A DNA stretch of 64,000 nucleotides from Phycisphaerae bacterium (GCA_963675745.2 CAXXWX010000006.1:96001-160000); one strand, 5' to 3'; shown: positions 9,136 to 19,532, counted from the first letter of the stretch. Notes: generated by a model from the letters alone, not told the origin. Program-made: numbers and translations.

Positions 9136-9831
9136 TCAGTCTCCAGTACCGGCTTCGTGTTTGGCGCTGGAGGTCGAGACGTTCAGTTCCTGACCGCGCA
9201 GTAACCTGCGGATATTCTCGTGATGGCGCGCGATGATCAGCAATCCCAAAGCGGCGGCGACAACCACCAGCGGCCAGCACGCCGCCAGCGGCACGCCGGA
9301 GATCGGCACGGCATAAGTGAACACCGCGACCGGAAACACAACAGCGATGGCGAGCGACCCGAGCGAGACCTTGCCGCTGGCCAAGCGCACAGCGAAGTAA
9401 GCCACCAGGGCGACGACCATTGCCACGGTGAAGTACGGGAATACACCCAGCGCCACGCCGATCGTCGTCGCCACACCCTTGCCGCCTCGAAATGCCAGGT
9501 ACGCGGGATACAGGTGTCCGAGGACGGCGGCCACGCCGACCGCCAGCCAGGCGAGCCAGGCGCCGGCAGCCGGATCCTGGGGGACGCAGAAGAGGCCGAA
9601 TAGCAGGGTCGGCGCCAGGCCCTTAAGTATGTCTAGCACCAGGCACAAGATGCCCCAGCGCCGCCCGAGGACGCGCCCCGCGTTGGTGGCACCGATGTTG
9701 CGGCTGCCGTGCTGGCGAATGTCAACGCCCCGCATTTGCCCGATGATGAATCCAAACGGCACCGCGCCCAGCAGATAAGCGCCGAGCACGAACACCAGGA
9801 CAAGGACGATTGAAGGCATCAACGGCTCCAT
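9136..9831 (-). CDS. plsY: Glycerol-3-phosphate acyltransferase PlsY
   Basis: DIRQHGSRNIGATNAGR; GHLYP..FRGGKGVAT; RHHENIRRL. Confidence 0.95.
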   Translation of the reverse strand: MEPLMPSIVLVLVFVLGAYLLGAVPFGFIIGQMRGVDIRQHGSRNIGATNAGRVLGRRWGILCLVLDILKGLAPTLLFGLFCVPQDPAAGAWLAWLAVGVAAVLGHLYPAYLAFRGGKGVATTIGVALGVFPYFTVAMVVALVAYFAVRLASGKVSLGSLAIAVVFPVAVFTYAVPISGVPLAACWPLVVVAAALGLLIIARHHENIRRLLRGQELNVSTSSAKHEAGTGD

Positions 9832-9906
9832 CGCTGCCGCCGGTGGACCCGGCGCTGGTGAAGCAGGTTAGCGTGGGCGGTGAGACGTGGAAAGCCGGCC
9901 GCGCAG

Positions 9907-10119
9907 CTAATCGTCATCGCGACGGATACGAAGCCAGCGCGGGCGCAGTTGATCGCGCAGCCTGTCGGTCATGCGCAGTCCCATACCACGGGTTTGCTGG
10001 CGATAGATGTGGCGCTGGACATCAGCGACACTTGCGCGTGGTCGGCGACGGGAAGCCAGCCAGGCGCCGAGTGACCAGCACCAGGCCACGACTCTCGCGT
10101 GCCAACTGCGGCGTGTCAA
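9907..10119 (-). CDS. Small basic hypothetical protein (70 aa)
   Basis: The TTG start overlaps the upstream TGA (TTGA), and the ORF fills the gap between co-oriented genes. No recognised motif. Confidence 0.35.
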   Translation of the reverse strand: MTRRSWHARVVAWCWSLGAWLASRRRPRASVADVQRHIYRQQTRGMGLRMTDRLRDQLRPRWLRIRRDDD

Positions 10120-10709
10120 CGCTGGACGGCCTGCCTCACGCTGCCGAAGACTTCGTCGGCGGAACGGGATGGTATCGCGGGTTCGCTCCATAGCTGCATT
10201 TTGTCGATGACCCGTTGGGTCTGCTCGCGATAGTTCGTCACGTGACTTGGCCCGCCCTCCGCCGTATCACCCCCCGCGTAGTCAAACGCCAGCAGCCAGC
10301 GGCTCATCTCGCTTTCATACTCCGCCGGGTAAACCAGGGCCGTCACGTAGCGACCACGCTGGGCCTGGCGTCCGCGGTCGGCGAGTTGCGCCGTCGCGCG
10401 GCAGGGTGGCGCCTCAATGTCCGCGATGGCGCGCAGCACCGAGAAGTCCTCGTGGGCCAGCTTCAAGTCGTCACGATAGAAGAACATCCCGCTCTCGAGC
10501 TCAAAGCGCGTCCGCGGAACGCCGCGCAGCTCGACCTGTCCCTCCGGCGAGGCATTCTGAATCTGGTACACCTTTCCATCGCGATACTGTTCGTTTTCGA
10601 GGAGCATCGCGATTTCCTCGGCGGTGTATCCGACGGCGCACCACTGTCCGAAGTCGAACACGTACAGTCCCTTGTAGCGAGGTGGCACCTCAAGCGCAGG
10701 TAGTTGCAT
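10116..10709 (-). CDS. Hypothetical protein (197 aa)
   Basis: Globular, aromatic-rich composition; RBS GGAG; upstream TATAAT. No family recognised. Confidence 0.8.
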   Translation of the reverse strand: MQLPALEVPPRYKGLYVFDFGQWCAVGYTAEEIAMLLENEQYRDGKVYQIQNASPEGQVELRGVPRTRFELESGMFFYRDDLKLAHEDFSVLRAIADIEAPPCRATAQLADRGRQAQRGRYVTALVYPAEYESEMSRWLLAFDYAGGDTAEGGPSHVTNYREQTQRVIDKMQLWSEPAIPSRSADEVFGSVRQAVQR

Positions 10710-10809
10710 GCGAATTTGCTCCCGCAGACAGGTTCAGCAGAAGTTCACAAGTGCGATTATAGCCTGTCCGCGGGCGGTGTTGTGCGCAAAATGGGTGGAA
10801 AAGAAAGGG

Positions 10810-11020
10810 GTGGGCGAGCCGAGCATGGGCGTTGGCGGGACTCGACTCGCCCTACATCAGGGGAACGGAGGCTCACTAAATCCAGGCCGACAGGCCGCTC
10901 CAAAGAACGACCCTGGCCCTTGAGTCGGCTCGGCGCCTACGGGCTCGTAACGGCCCCGCCCGGATCTTCCTTACCCTAAGCGGGGCAGCTCGTCCGTGAG
11001 CACGTCACGAGCCGACTCAC
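10810..11020. ncRNA. Candidate structured non-coding RNA (6S-like rod or conformational switch)
   Basis: Nested pairings GGGCGUU/GGCGCCU, CGACUC/GAGUCG, CAGGG/CCCUG and GGAG/CUCC. An alternative perfect 12-bp stem pairs 10921-10932 with 11008-11019. No credible ORF. Confidence 0.45.
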
Positions 11021-11123
11021 AATTTCAGACGACCGCCGTCCAAAGCGGCTGTTCCAGCGTGGCGCTACGCGTTGACCTGTTCGGCAGCGGCCGTCTTTGT
11101 TTCACTTCAACCCGCGCCTCACG

Positions 11124-11696
11124 TCAGGCTTGCGGCGCACGCCTGGCCGCGCGGGGCATCTCCACTTGCTCACCGAGCAGACCCCAGGTGAGCAGTTCAT
11201 TATGTACCAGTTCCTCGAGCAAGCCGGCGGTGATCACCCGGTAACCCAGGTTGAGCACGCGCATTTCCAACTCGCCGGCGATGATCCGCGCCGTGTCGTG
11301 CATGACGCCGTACCGCTTCTCGAGCAGGGTGACCAGCGCCGCCTTACGCCAGGGGCGCGGGCCGCGCTTTGAGTGTCGGCGTTGAACTTGGACGCTGTGG
11401 CGTTTGACTCGGCGCCAACGGCGATGCGCGGCCAATACGTCCGCGACGTCCGACAACCCAGTTTGCTTCAGAACGGCCTGCACGCAACGGAAGAGATATT
11501 CCGACGTCGGCGGCCGCGGCTCGTCCCAGTATTGAAGATGGACTTCGACGGCCTGCACCAGCGGTTCGGAAAGCTTGGGATCGTAGTGGCACGCGCGCAT
11601 CGCCACGGCGACCATGCGGCGCAGCTTGGCGGGCGCAAACAACTCCTGCGTCCCGTCGTGCTTGGCGATGAGAATGGACTTCTTGGCCGTCCTCAC
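11124..11696 (-). CDS. Stand-alone tandem ATP-cone-like protein
   Basis: IAKHDGTQELFAPAKL is ATP-cone-like. A second cone-like segment reads WRKAALV...TARIIAGELE...VITAGLLEELVHNELLTWGL. GTGA overlap with nrdR. Confidence 0.7.
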   Translation of the reverse strand: MRTAKKSILIAKHDGTQELFAPAKLRRMVAVAMRACHYDPKLSEPLVQAVEVHLQYWDEPRPPTSEYLFRCVQAVLKQTGLSDVADVLAAHRRWRRVKRHSVQVQRRHSKRGPRPWRKAALVTLLEKRYGVMHDTARIIAGELEMRVLNLGYRVITAGLLEELVHNELLTWGLLGEQVEMPRAARRAPQA

Positions 11697-12202
11697 GACT
11701 TCGCACCTTCCTCAAACAGACTCCGTTGCCCCGGGATGTCTTCGGCGCGTCGCTCGATGACATCCCGGGCTTCGTCAATGAAGTCGCCGACGTCTTCGAA
11801 CTTTCGGTAAACGCTCGCAAACCGAACGTAAGCCACTTGATCCACTCGCCGCAACACCGCCGCTATGCGCTCGCCGATGGTCTGGCTGGCGACTTCCTTC
11901 TCAAAGTTCGCAATCACGTACTCCTCGACCTCGTCCGCGATCTGGTCGAGTCGTTCGGACGAAATCGGCCGCTTGTAAGCCGCGTGCCGAATCCCGTCCA
12001 TGATTTTCCCGCGGTCATAGGGGACACGTGTCCCGTCGCGCTTGATGACCGAAAGCCGAATGGCCTCTTCGATCCGTTCATAGGTTGTGTAGCGTCGGCC
12101 GCACTTGAGACACTCGCGTCGCCGGCGGACACATTGGCCCACATCACGCGATCGCGAGTCCACGACTTTGTCGTCGTCTTCATGGCAAAACGGACACCGC
12201 AT
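11693..12202 (-). CDS. nrdR: Transcriptional repressor NrdR
   Basis: MRCPFC..DKVVDSR..RRRRECLKCGRRYTTYE; VIKRDG cone; VAYVRFASVYRKF. Confidence 0.98.
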   Translation of the reverse strand: MRCPFCHEDDDKVVDSRSRDVGQCVRRRRECLKCGRRYTTYERIEEAIRLSVIKRDGTRVPYDRGKIMDGIRHAAYKRPISSERLDQIADEVEEYVIANFEKEVASQTIGERIAAVLRRVDQVAYVRFASVYRKFEDVGDFIDEARDVIERRAEDIPGQRSLFEEGAKS

Positions 12203-12310
12203 GCATCCGTCACCCGTTGAACTGGGACACGCGACAAAACACGCCGCGCCAGATGACACCGCTTACACCAGCCACGACCCGCGCACCGCAGAACTGACAA
12301 GGCTGTGGCC

Positions 12311-12362
12311 ACACAACCCATTGTGCGAATATCAGCATAGAGCACAACATAATGTGTGTCAA
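12311..12362 (-). promoter_or_regulatory. nrdR promoter with tandem NrdR boxes
   Basis: TTGACA(12362-57)-17bp-TATGCT(12339-34). Boxes ACACAACCCATTGTGC (12311-26) and GCACAACATAATGTGT (12342-57) start 31 bp apart. Confidence 0.85.
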
Positions 12363-12418
12363 TAGGAACTGTGATACCCGGGAAGACATTCCGCGCGAAT
12401 CCAGGTATAAACCGGCGC

Positions 12419-13336
12419 ATGGCCGCGTCGTTCGAAATCAACCACGAGGGCATTCGCATCGTCGGGTATTCCGCGGCCGGCGAGCAGACCTGGTTCGCGC
12501 TTCCCGAGCACGACATCGGCTTCGACTTTGGCCGGGCCCCGCGCGAACTGCTCTCCATCAACAACATTTTCCTGAGCCATGGACACATGGATCATGCGGC
12601 GGGGGTTGCGTATTACTTTTCACAACGCATGTTCATCGACAACGCCCCCGGGCGTCTCTACGCGCCCGACCCACTGCTCGATCCGATTCGCGAACTACTG
12701 CGAGTCTGGCGGGACATCGACGGGCAGGAGCCGCCGGCGTATTTACAGTCGGCCATCCCGGGCCAGGATATCGCCACGCGCCGCGACCTTCTCGTGCGGC
12801 CATTCGAGGTCAATCACCTGTGTCGCGGACGCACGGGACGCTTTCAAGCCCTCGGCTTCACGTTGATCGAGGTGCGCAAGAAGCTGAAGGACGAATATCA
12901 CGGGTTGATGGGCCCGCAAATCGTCGCGCTCAAGGAAAAAGGGATCGAGGTTACGCGCCGGATCGAGATGCCGCTGGTGACGTATTGCGGCGACACGGGC
13001 CCGGGGCCGTTCCTCGAGTTGGACTACGTGCGCAACAGCAAGGTGCTCTTGCTGGAATGCACGTTTGTGGAGGCCGAGCATCGCGAGCGCGCGCGCGCCG
13101 GAAACCACATCCACGTCCAGGATCTGGCGGAGATCTGTCCGAAGCTGAACAACGAACGAATAGTGCTGATCCACCTGACGCGGCGGACAAACCTGTCAAA
13201 CGCGAAGAAGGCATTGACCGCCGTATTGGGCAGCTCGATGGGCGACCGCGTGAGCTTTCTCGGTGAACACCGCCGCCGTCGCCGCCCCACCAATCACCAG
13301 CTACGTCAAGACACACCATCCACGCCGGGTGGCTAG
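12419..13336 (+). CDS. MBL-fold nuclease, RNase Z-like
   Basis: GYSAAGEQT; SHGHMDH; YCGDT; LECTF; GNHIH; LIH. Confidence 0.8.
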   Translation: MAASFEINHEGIRIVGYSAAGEQTWFALPEHDIGFDFGRAPRELLSINNIFLSHGHMDHAAGVAYYFSQRMFIDNAPGRLYAPDPLLDPIRELLRVWRDIDGQEPPAYLQSAIPGQDIATRRDLLVRPFEVNHLCRGRTGRFQALGFTLIEVRKKLKDEYHGLMGPQIVALKEKGIEVTRRIEMPLVTYCGDTGPGPFLELDYVRNSKVLLLECTFVEAEHRERARAGNHIHVQDLAEICPKLNNERIVLIHLTRRTNLSNAKKALTAVLGSSMGDRVSFLGEHRRRRRPTNHQLRQDTPSTPGG

Positions 13337-13498
13337 TCAGGGTTTATTCGGCGTGGCAGGTTCGCCGTGACATCAACGTCGGCCCTCTGCTTGGTCCTCG
13401 AACTTTGCACAGCGTTTGGTGACGAACTGCCGGGAGCGGCCACAAGAGCCGCATCCTGACAGGCCCTTCCCGCCGCTCCTTGCTACAATCAGCGTGAT

Positions 13499-14449
13499 AT
13501 GAACGCATCGAAACACACATTGCCGATCGCGAAGGCCGAGCGGCCGCGACGCCGGTTGCCGGCCTGGTTGAAGCGCCCGCTGCCGGCGGGTGACGCGATG
13601 CTGAAGACGCGGCAGCTTGTCAACGGGTTGAAGCTTAACACCGTCTGCGTCGAGGCCCGTTGCCCGAACCTGACCGAATGCTGGACGCGGGGAACCGCCA
13701 CATTCATGATTCTCGGCGACTTGTGTACTCGGCGATGCCACTTCTGTGCCGTGACGACCAAGCGGCCGCTACCGCCGGAACCGGATGAGCCCGAACGTCT
13801 GGCCTCGGCCGCCGCACGCATGAACTTGCGACATGTTGTGATCACATCGGTCGCGCGCGATGACCTGCCCGATGAGGGCGCCGGACATTTCGCGGCGTGC
13901 ATTACCAAGACGCGCGAAAAACTGCCCGAGGCGACGATCGAAGTGCTGGTGCCGGATTTCCACGCCGACCGCGAGTTGATCAAGATCGTCACTGATGCGC
14001 AGCCGCGCGTGTATAACCACAACCTGGAGACGGTTGCCAGCCAGCAGAAGCGCGTGCGGCCCGGCGGACGTTATCAGCGCTCGCTGGACGTGTTGCGGAC
14101 TGCCAGGGAACTGGACGCGCGCATGTTGACCAAGAGCGGGTTGATGGTCGGACTGGGCGAGACCCGCGAGGAGCTGGCCGAGGCGATGAAGGACCTGCGC
14201 GGCGTGGACTGTGATCTGCTGACCATCGGGCAGTACTTGAAGCCCGGTGACCGGCACGCCGACGTGCAGCGATATTACACGCCCGCGGAGTTTGACGAGT
14301 TGGCGGAGGAAGCACGACGACTGGGATTCATGGGCGTGGCCAGCGGCCCGTTCGTGCGCAGCAGCTACTTCGCCGAGTCGCTGATCAGCGCGGTGGGGCA
14401 GGCTCCCACAGGCGGTGGGCCGGCTGATAATGTGTCCGGCGCGACCTAG
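13499..14449 (+). CDS. lipA: Lipoyl synthase
   Basis: CVEARCPNLTEC; radical SAM motif CTRRCHFC; VRSSY. Confidence 0.98.
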   Translation: MNASKHTLPIAKAERPRRRLPAWLKRPLPAGDAMLKTRQLVNGLKLNTVCVEARCPNLTECWTRGTATFMILGDLCTRRCHFCAVTTKRPLPPEPDEPERLASAAARMNLRHVVITSVARDDLPDEGAGHFAACITKTREKLPEATIEVLVPDFHADRELIKIVTDAQPRVYNHNLETVASQQKRVRPGGRYQRSLDVLRTARELDARMLTKSGLMVGLGETREELAEAMKDLRGVDCDLLTIGQYLKPGDRHADVQRYYTPAEFDELAEEARRLGFMGVASGPFVRSSYFAESLISAVGQAPTGGGPADNVSGAT

Positions 14450-14765
14450 CGTGTGCGATTACGGCATCGCGATCGGGAAGGTCCAAAAGCAGTTATTTGT
14501 TGCTCACGGTGTGGCTGACTTGTAGAATCAAGCATCAGAGCGTAATCGCCGTTCCGGTCGCAGATCATACGCCGGGTGGACTTGCGGCAGTATCGGTGTG
14601 GTGGAAGGGTTAGGCGTGCCGAGGCGCGTTGGCGTTGCGTACGCTGACGGGCCGGTGGTCGGCATGTCGAAACACGGTGCCGACAGGGCTGCAAGCACCC
14701 GTATCACCGGGGTTTAGCGCAGACCTGTGTCGTCTCCGTTGGGCAATCACGACAAGGAGTCCACA

Positions 14766-17063
14766 ATGCGTCTGCGCAGCACGGTAGCGGTAGCATCTCT
14801 CGTAATCCTGTTCGGCCTATCCGCGCCGCAGGTTCTGGTCGCTGAAGACACTTTTGACACGCCTTACTACTACACGTATTTCGATCAGCCGGTGTGGCTG
14901 GGCCTGCGCACCGACGCAGTGGCCGTCTTCAACGATGCAGGTATGGAGGTGCGTGGTGGCGAGCTGACCGCGGTTGGCAAGCTCGAGGCATTCGAAATCA
15001 TGGAGAGCGACTTGCAGCCGGTACCGGTCAACGGCTGGCAATTCGCCACGGTTCCGGCACCGGACGCGGCGAGCGTGGAGACGTGGGTTGCGACGCTGTC
15101 CGAGTCGGAGGCTGCCCAGTTTGTCTCCCCGGTTCTGTTGAACGAGTTCGGCCCGGTGATTATCACGCCGAAGATGTTCGTGCAGTTTGCCGAGGACATT
15201 ACCCCGGCGCAGGCCGACCTGTTGCTATCAAGCGTCAATGCCGGCGAAGTTATCGATCGCAGCTTTGGCGGCGTGGTAAATTCGTATCGCGTCCGCGCGA
15301 CGGCCGGCAATGGCTTTGACGTGTTGAACGCGGCCAACATCCTGGCCACGCTGCCCGAGGTGGTCTATGCCGAACCGGCCTTTGTCTGGCGCGGCAAGCT
15401 GGACTTGATCCCCAACGACACCTACTGGAACTACCTCTGGGGGCTGCACCAGACCAGCAACTACGACATGGACGCGCCCGCGGCCTGGGACATCAGCACC
15501 GGCAGCTCTGACATCAAGGTCATGATCATGGACCTGGGTATCCAGCAGGATCACCCGGACATCAACCAGATCCCCGGCATGGACTTCACCGGGCGCGATG
15601 TTCCCGGCGGCGGCCCCTACAACTACTGCGACAATCACGGCACGCAGGTTGCCGGTTGCGTCTCGGCGATCATCAACAATAGCATCGGGGTGGTCGGCAT
15701 CGCACCGGGCTGCAAGTCGGTATCGGCCAAGATCGGCGAGGCCGACACGCCGTGCAGCGTGTACTTCAGCGGCAGCTCCGAGTGGATCGCCAATGCGCTG
15801 TATTGGGCGCGCGACAACGGTTATCGCGTCAGCAGTGCCAGCATCTCGACCGGGACGTCCGGCGCGGTAACGGGCGCCTATAACACGACGCGCGGTGACG
15901 GGATGGTCCACTTCGCGGCCAGCGGCAACGACGGGGCCGGTACGGTCGATTACCCGGCCAGCCTTGCATCAGTCAACGCCATCGGCGCGATCAGCTCCAA
16001 CGGCAATCGGGCCAGTTTCAGCAACTACGGCACCGGACTGGCATTTGTCGCTCCTGGTAACAACATCTATACGACTGACCGCACCGGCTCGGCCGGCGAC
16101 TTCGGCGGCGATTATGCCTTCGGCGTGAGCGGCACGTCATTCTCCACGCCCTATGCCGCCGGTGTGGCGGCGATGGTGCTCTCGGTCAATCCGGCGATGA
16201 TTCCCGAGCATGTCGAGCAGGTGATGCAGGACAACGCCATGGACCGCGGCAGTGCCGGGTACGACACCGTTTACGGTTGGGGCATTGTCAAGGCGTACGG
16301 CTCGATGGTTGACGCTCAGAACTTCCAGACCGAGGTTACTGTGACCGTCAATTCGCTGCCGACCAGTGGCGCGTGGGTCAATACCATTCCAGCCGCCGAC
16401 CTCGACGGCCTTGGCAGCGGTTTCACCGATTTCACCCGCCGTTATGATGTCGATACGGGCATTCTCTACACCGCCGGTGCGACGCTGAACGGCGCGCCGT
16501 TCCTGGAGTGGCGCGTGGACGGTGTGCCGCAGGGCTCGAGCACTTCGGTGAGTCTCACGGTGAGCGACGACGTGGAGGTTACCTCGGTCTACGCCACGTC
16601 CATCTACGTTGATTCGGATCCGACCGGCGCGTACATCGCGATCGTGCCGACCACCGATGCACTCGGGGCCACGACCAGCGGGATTGCTCCGCGCGACCTG
16701 GCATTTGCCGATGGCACGTTGGTCACGCTGACCGCCTCGGCCACGCACGGCGAGCGTGAGTTTGTCGAGTGGCAACTGGGCGGCGTGCCAGTGTCGGCAA
16801 TCCCGACATACCAGTTCACCGTCAGCGGCAATGCCGCCCCGGTGGCGATCTACCAACTGACCGGGTACCCGGTCGGTGACCTCAACTGTGACGGCTTGAT
16901 CAACAACGGCGACATCGACCCGTTTGTTCTGGCGGTTACCGACGAGTCCGGCTACGCAGCGGCTTACCCCGAATGCGACCGAATGCTCGCTGACTGCAAC
17001 GGCGATACCCTGGTCAACAACGGTGACATCGACTCGTTCGTCGCGCTGCTTTCAGGGAAATAG
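14766..17063 (+). CDS. Secreted S8 subtilase with a C-terminal dockerin-like domain
   Basis: Signal peptide; triad MDLGI, HGTQVAG, GTSFSTP; tail GDLNCDG..NNGDIDPFV..ADCNGD..NNGDIDSFV; RBS AAGGAG. Confidence 0.93.
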   Translation: MRLRSTVAVASLVILFGLSAPQVLVAEDTFDTPYYYTYFDQPVWLGLRTDAVAVFNDAGMEVRGGELTAVGKLEAFEIMESDLQPVPVNGWQFATVPAPDAASVETWVATLSESEAAQFVSPVLLNEFGPVIITPKMFVQFAEDITPAQADLLLSSVNAGEVIDRSFGGVVNSYRVRATAGNGFDVLNAANILATLPEVVYAEPAFVWRGKLDLIPNDTYWNYLWGLHQTSNYDMDAPAAWDISTGSSDIKVMIMDLGIQQDHPDINQIPGMDFTGRDVPGGGPYNYCDNHGTQVAGCVSAIINNSIGVVGIAPGCKSVSAKIGEADTPCSVYFSGSSEWIANALYWARDNGYRVSSASISTGTSGAVTGAYNTTRGDGMVHFAASGNDGAGTVDYPASLASVNAIGAISSNGNRASFSNYGTGLAFVAPGNNIYTTDRTGSAGDFGGDYAFGVSGTSFSTPYAAGVAAMVLSVNPAMIPEHVEQVMQDNAMDRGSAGYDTVYGWGIVKAYGSMVDAQNFQTEVTVTVNSLPTSGAWVNTIPAADLDGLGSGFTDFTRRYDVDTGILYTAGATLNGAPFLEWRVDGVPQGSSTSVSLTVSDDVEVTSVYATSIYVDSDPTGAYIAIVPTTDALGATTSGIAPRDLAFADGTLVTLTASATHGEREFVEWQLGGVPVSAIPTYQFTVSGNAAPVAIYQLTGYPVGDLNCDGLINNGDIDPFVLAVTDESGYAAAYPECDRMLADCNGDTLVNNGDIDSFVALLSGK

Positions 17064-17092
17064 CCACAGATTGAACTCACGATGCAACCACA

Positions 17093-17129
17093 AGCGGGCG
17101 ACACCGGCGACAAGACGGTGTCGCCCGCT
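17093..17129. terminator. Hairpin between convergent genes
   Basis: 14-bp stem AGCGGGCGACACCG/CGGTGTCGCCCGCT. Confidence 0.7.
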
Positions 17130-17189
17130 GTCTTGCGCCATGGGATATGCCAGGCCGCGGCTCGCGTGGCAGCGTTCTGCGGTGGCTGG

Positions 17190-19391
17190 TCACACCAGTC
17201 GGCGCAGTCGCAGGGAATTGGCGACAACTGTGAGTGAGCTGGCCATCATGGCGGCTGTGGCGGCGGCCGCCGGCAGTGCGGTGAAAACCGCGACCGGCAG
17301 CATTACCACGTTATACGCAACCGCCCATAGCAGATTCTGCTTCATGACTCGCGCGCTGATCCGCGAGAGTCGAATCGTCTCGGGAATCAGCCGCGGCGAG
17401 TGGCCGACCAGACAGATGTCCGCGGCCTCGCGCGCCACGTCGGCCCCGGTGCCAATGGCGATTCCCACAGTGGCGGCGGCCAACGCCGGCCCGTCGTTAA
17501 TCCCGTCGCCGACCATGACCGTGCGGCAGCCGTTGCTGACAAGGTCGCGCACGCGGGAGACCTTCTGCTCCGCTGTAAGTTCTGATTCGTAGGCTTTGAT
17601 ATTGAGCTGGCTCGCGAGGTGGCTCACGGTCAGGTGACGATCGCCGGAGAGGATCCGTACGATTACGCCCAGGCTCTTCAATGCGGTGATTGCTTCGGCT
17701 GATTCGGGATGAAGCTCGTCAGCGAATCGCAACGTGCCCGCCAGGCGCTCGCCGATCGCCAGCCACACCACGCTCTGCCCGTCGCCGGTCATCTGTTTGA
17801 CGTGTTCAGAGAGGGCGCCGCCGCGAACGCCACGCTCGATCAGCCATGCCCGGCTGCCCATGACGATCATGTGACCATCAACGACGCCGCAAAGGCCGGC
17901 TCCGGGCTTGGATGAGAAATCGTCAGGCTTCGGTGGCGTGACACCTTGGGCTAACGCCGCACTGACCATGGCCCGGGCCAGTGGATGCTCGCTGTGTTGC
18001 GCCAGGGCCGCCCCCCAGCGCAAGATATCCTCGCGCGAGCCCTCTCCGAGCACGTCGATCTCGGTCAGGGCGGGTTTGCCGAACGTCAGCGTTCCGGTTT
18101 TGTCGATCACGACCTCAACGGCCCCGCCGGCTGCCTCGAGGGCTGAGGGATCTCTCACGAGGATGCCCTTCTCGGCGGCGCGTGTCGTGCCGACCAGCAC
18201 GGCCGTCGGAATTGCCAGCCCCAGTGCGCATGGGCAGGCGACGACTAGAACCGCGATCGTGCGCTCCAGCGCCCAGATCATGTCAGCCTGGTCGCGCGTC
18301 AGCCAGAACAGCAGCGTAGCGCCGGCCAGCAATACCACGGCCGGTACAAACACCGAAGCGGCGCGATCGGCCAGGCGTTGCCAGGGTGGCTTGGCCGCCT
18401 GGGCATCGCTTATCAGGGCCGCTATCCGCGCCGCGGCCGAAGTCGCCCCGGTGCCGACCGCGCGGATGTCGGCGATGCCGTCCACGACGCGCGTGCCGCC
18501 AAAGACGCGCTCGCCGGCCGTGTGTTCCACCGGCAGCGGTTCGCCGGTCAACATCGATTCATCCACGCTGATTTGCCCCGACACTATCTCGCCGTCAACG
18601 GGGATGGCGGCGTGTGCCGCGGCGCGCACGATGTCGCCCACCGCGATAACGTCGATCGCGACTGTCTCGGCTTTGCCGTCAACCACGCGAATCGCATCAC
18701 GCGGTACGCGCTCCAGCAGGGCTTCGAAGGCCGCCGACGCCTGTCGCCGGGCGCGGGCTTCGAAGTACTTGCCCAGCGAGACGAACATGATGATCATCAC
18801 CGCCGCCTCAAACATCACCAGCTCGGGTTTGCCGAGGACCAGGCCGATCAGGCTGCTTGCGAAAGCCGTGGACGCGCCAAGCGTGACCAGCAGGTCCATG
18901 TTCGCGCGCGCGGCGCGCAAGCTGTGTACCGCCCCGGCCAGCATCGGAGCGGCCGCGCCGGCGAATACCGCCAGAGTCAGGATCGCCTGGATGATCCCGA
19001 CCGCGGTGGCGCCGATGCTCGTGACCAGCGACTGGGGAAGAAAGTGCGCAATGACAACCGGCAGCCCCAACACAAAGGCCAGCACGACCCGACGACGATG
19101 GCGAGACGTCTGTTCGGCACGCTCCCGTTCCCGCTCAATCGCGCTCGCCCCGAGTGCGGGGCGGGCCTCATAACCGGCGGCGCGCACCGCTGATGTGAGT
19201 GTGGTCTCGGCGCCGGTTTCGATTCCAGCGGCAAGCGTAACGGTGGCCAGCTCAGTGGCGAGATTGACGCTCGCATCAATCACGCCGGGTGCTTCCTTCA
19301 ATGCGCGCTCAACGGAGCTGACGCATCCGGCACAGCGCATGCCGCGCACCGAGAGTTCCACGCGCCTGGTGGTGTGAGTTTCCGACATCAT
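17190..19391 (-). CDS. copA: P1B-type heavy-metal (Cu+) ATPase
   Basis: GMRCAGC HMA domain; [25 protein letters not shown] and MxxSS motifs. Confidence 0.92.
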   Translation of the reverse strand: MMSETHTTRRVELSVRGMRCAGCVSSVERALKEAPGVIDASVNLATELATVTLAAGIETGAETTLTSAVRAAGYEARPALGASAIERERERAEQTSRHRRRVVLAFVLGLPVVIAHFLPQSLVTSIGATAVGIIQAILTLAVFAGAAAPMLAGAVHSLRAARANMDLLVTLGASTAFASSLIGLVLGKPELVMFEAAVMIIMFVSLGKYFEARARRQASAAFEALLERVPRDAIRVVDGKAETVAIDVIAVGDIVRAAAHAAIPVDGEIVSGQISVDESMLTGEPLPVEHTAGERVFGGTRVVDGIADIRAVGTGATSAAARIAALISDAQAAKPPWQRLADRAASVFVPAVVLLAGATLLFWLTRDQADMIWALERTIAVLVVACPCALGLAIPTAVLVGTTRAAEKGILVRDPSALEAAGGAVEVVIDKTGTLTFGKPALTEIDVLGEGSREDILRWGAALAQHSEHPLARAMVSAALAQGVTPPKPDDFSSKPGAGLCGVVDGHMIVMGSRAWLIERGVRGGALSEHVKQMTGDGQSVVWLAIGERLAGTLRFADELHPESAEAITALKSLGVIVRILSGDRHLTVSHLASQLNIKAYESELTAEQKVSRVRDLVSNGCRTVMVGDGINDGPALAAATVGIAIGTGADVAREAADICLVGHSPRLIPETIRLSRISARVMKQNLLWAVAYNVVMLPVAVFTALPAAAATAAMMASSLTVVANSLRLRRLV

Positions 19392-19474
19392 GTCGCACGA
19401 TGATAGTGGGAAGGCCGGGTGGTGGGCAATTCGCTCGGGCAGCGCCGATTGGGCAGCCTAGCCCGAAATGCCGA

Positions 19475-19509
19475 CGCCCGGCGCGACTCGATGTGAATCG
19501 CGCCGGGCG
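19475..19509 (-). terminator. Hairpin downstream of the large S8 protease gene
   Basis: Stem CGCCCGGCGCGA/TCGCGCCGGGCG. Confidence 0.55.
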
Positions 19510-19532
19510 CTGGTGTTTGAGCGGTTTACTAC

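Noticed and set aside
10833..10851. T-arm-like GGCGAGTCGAGTCCCGCCA on the minus strand as a tRNA or tmRNA end
   Set aside because: It lacks the TTC motif, and I could not build a cloverleaf or acceptor stem.
10958..10972. AAGGAAGATCCGGGC resembling the RNase P RNA motif GAGGAAAGTCC
   Set aside because: The conserved core is mismatched, no matching 3' conserved region was found, and the structured region is too short.
17908..19173. 421-aa antisense ORF and similar long shadow ORFs (34438-35514, 45298-46470, 28508-29830, 61746-62720)
   Set aside because: They overlap well-supported genes and have no motifs; such ORFs are expected in high-GC DNA.
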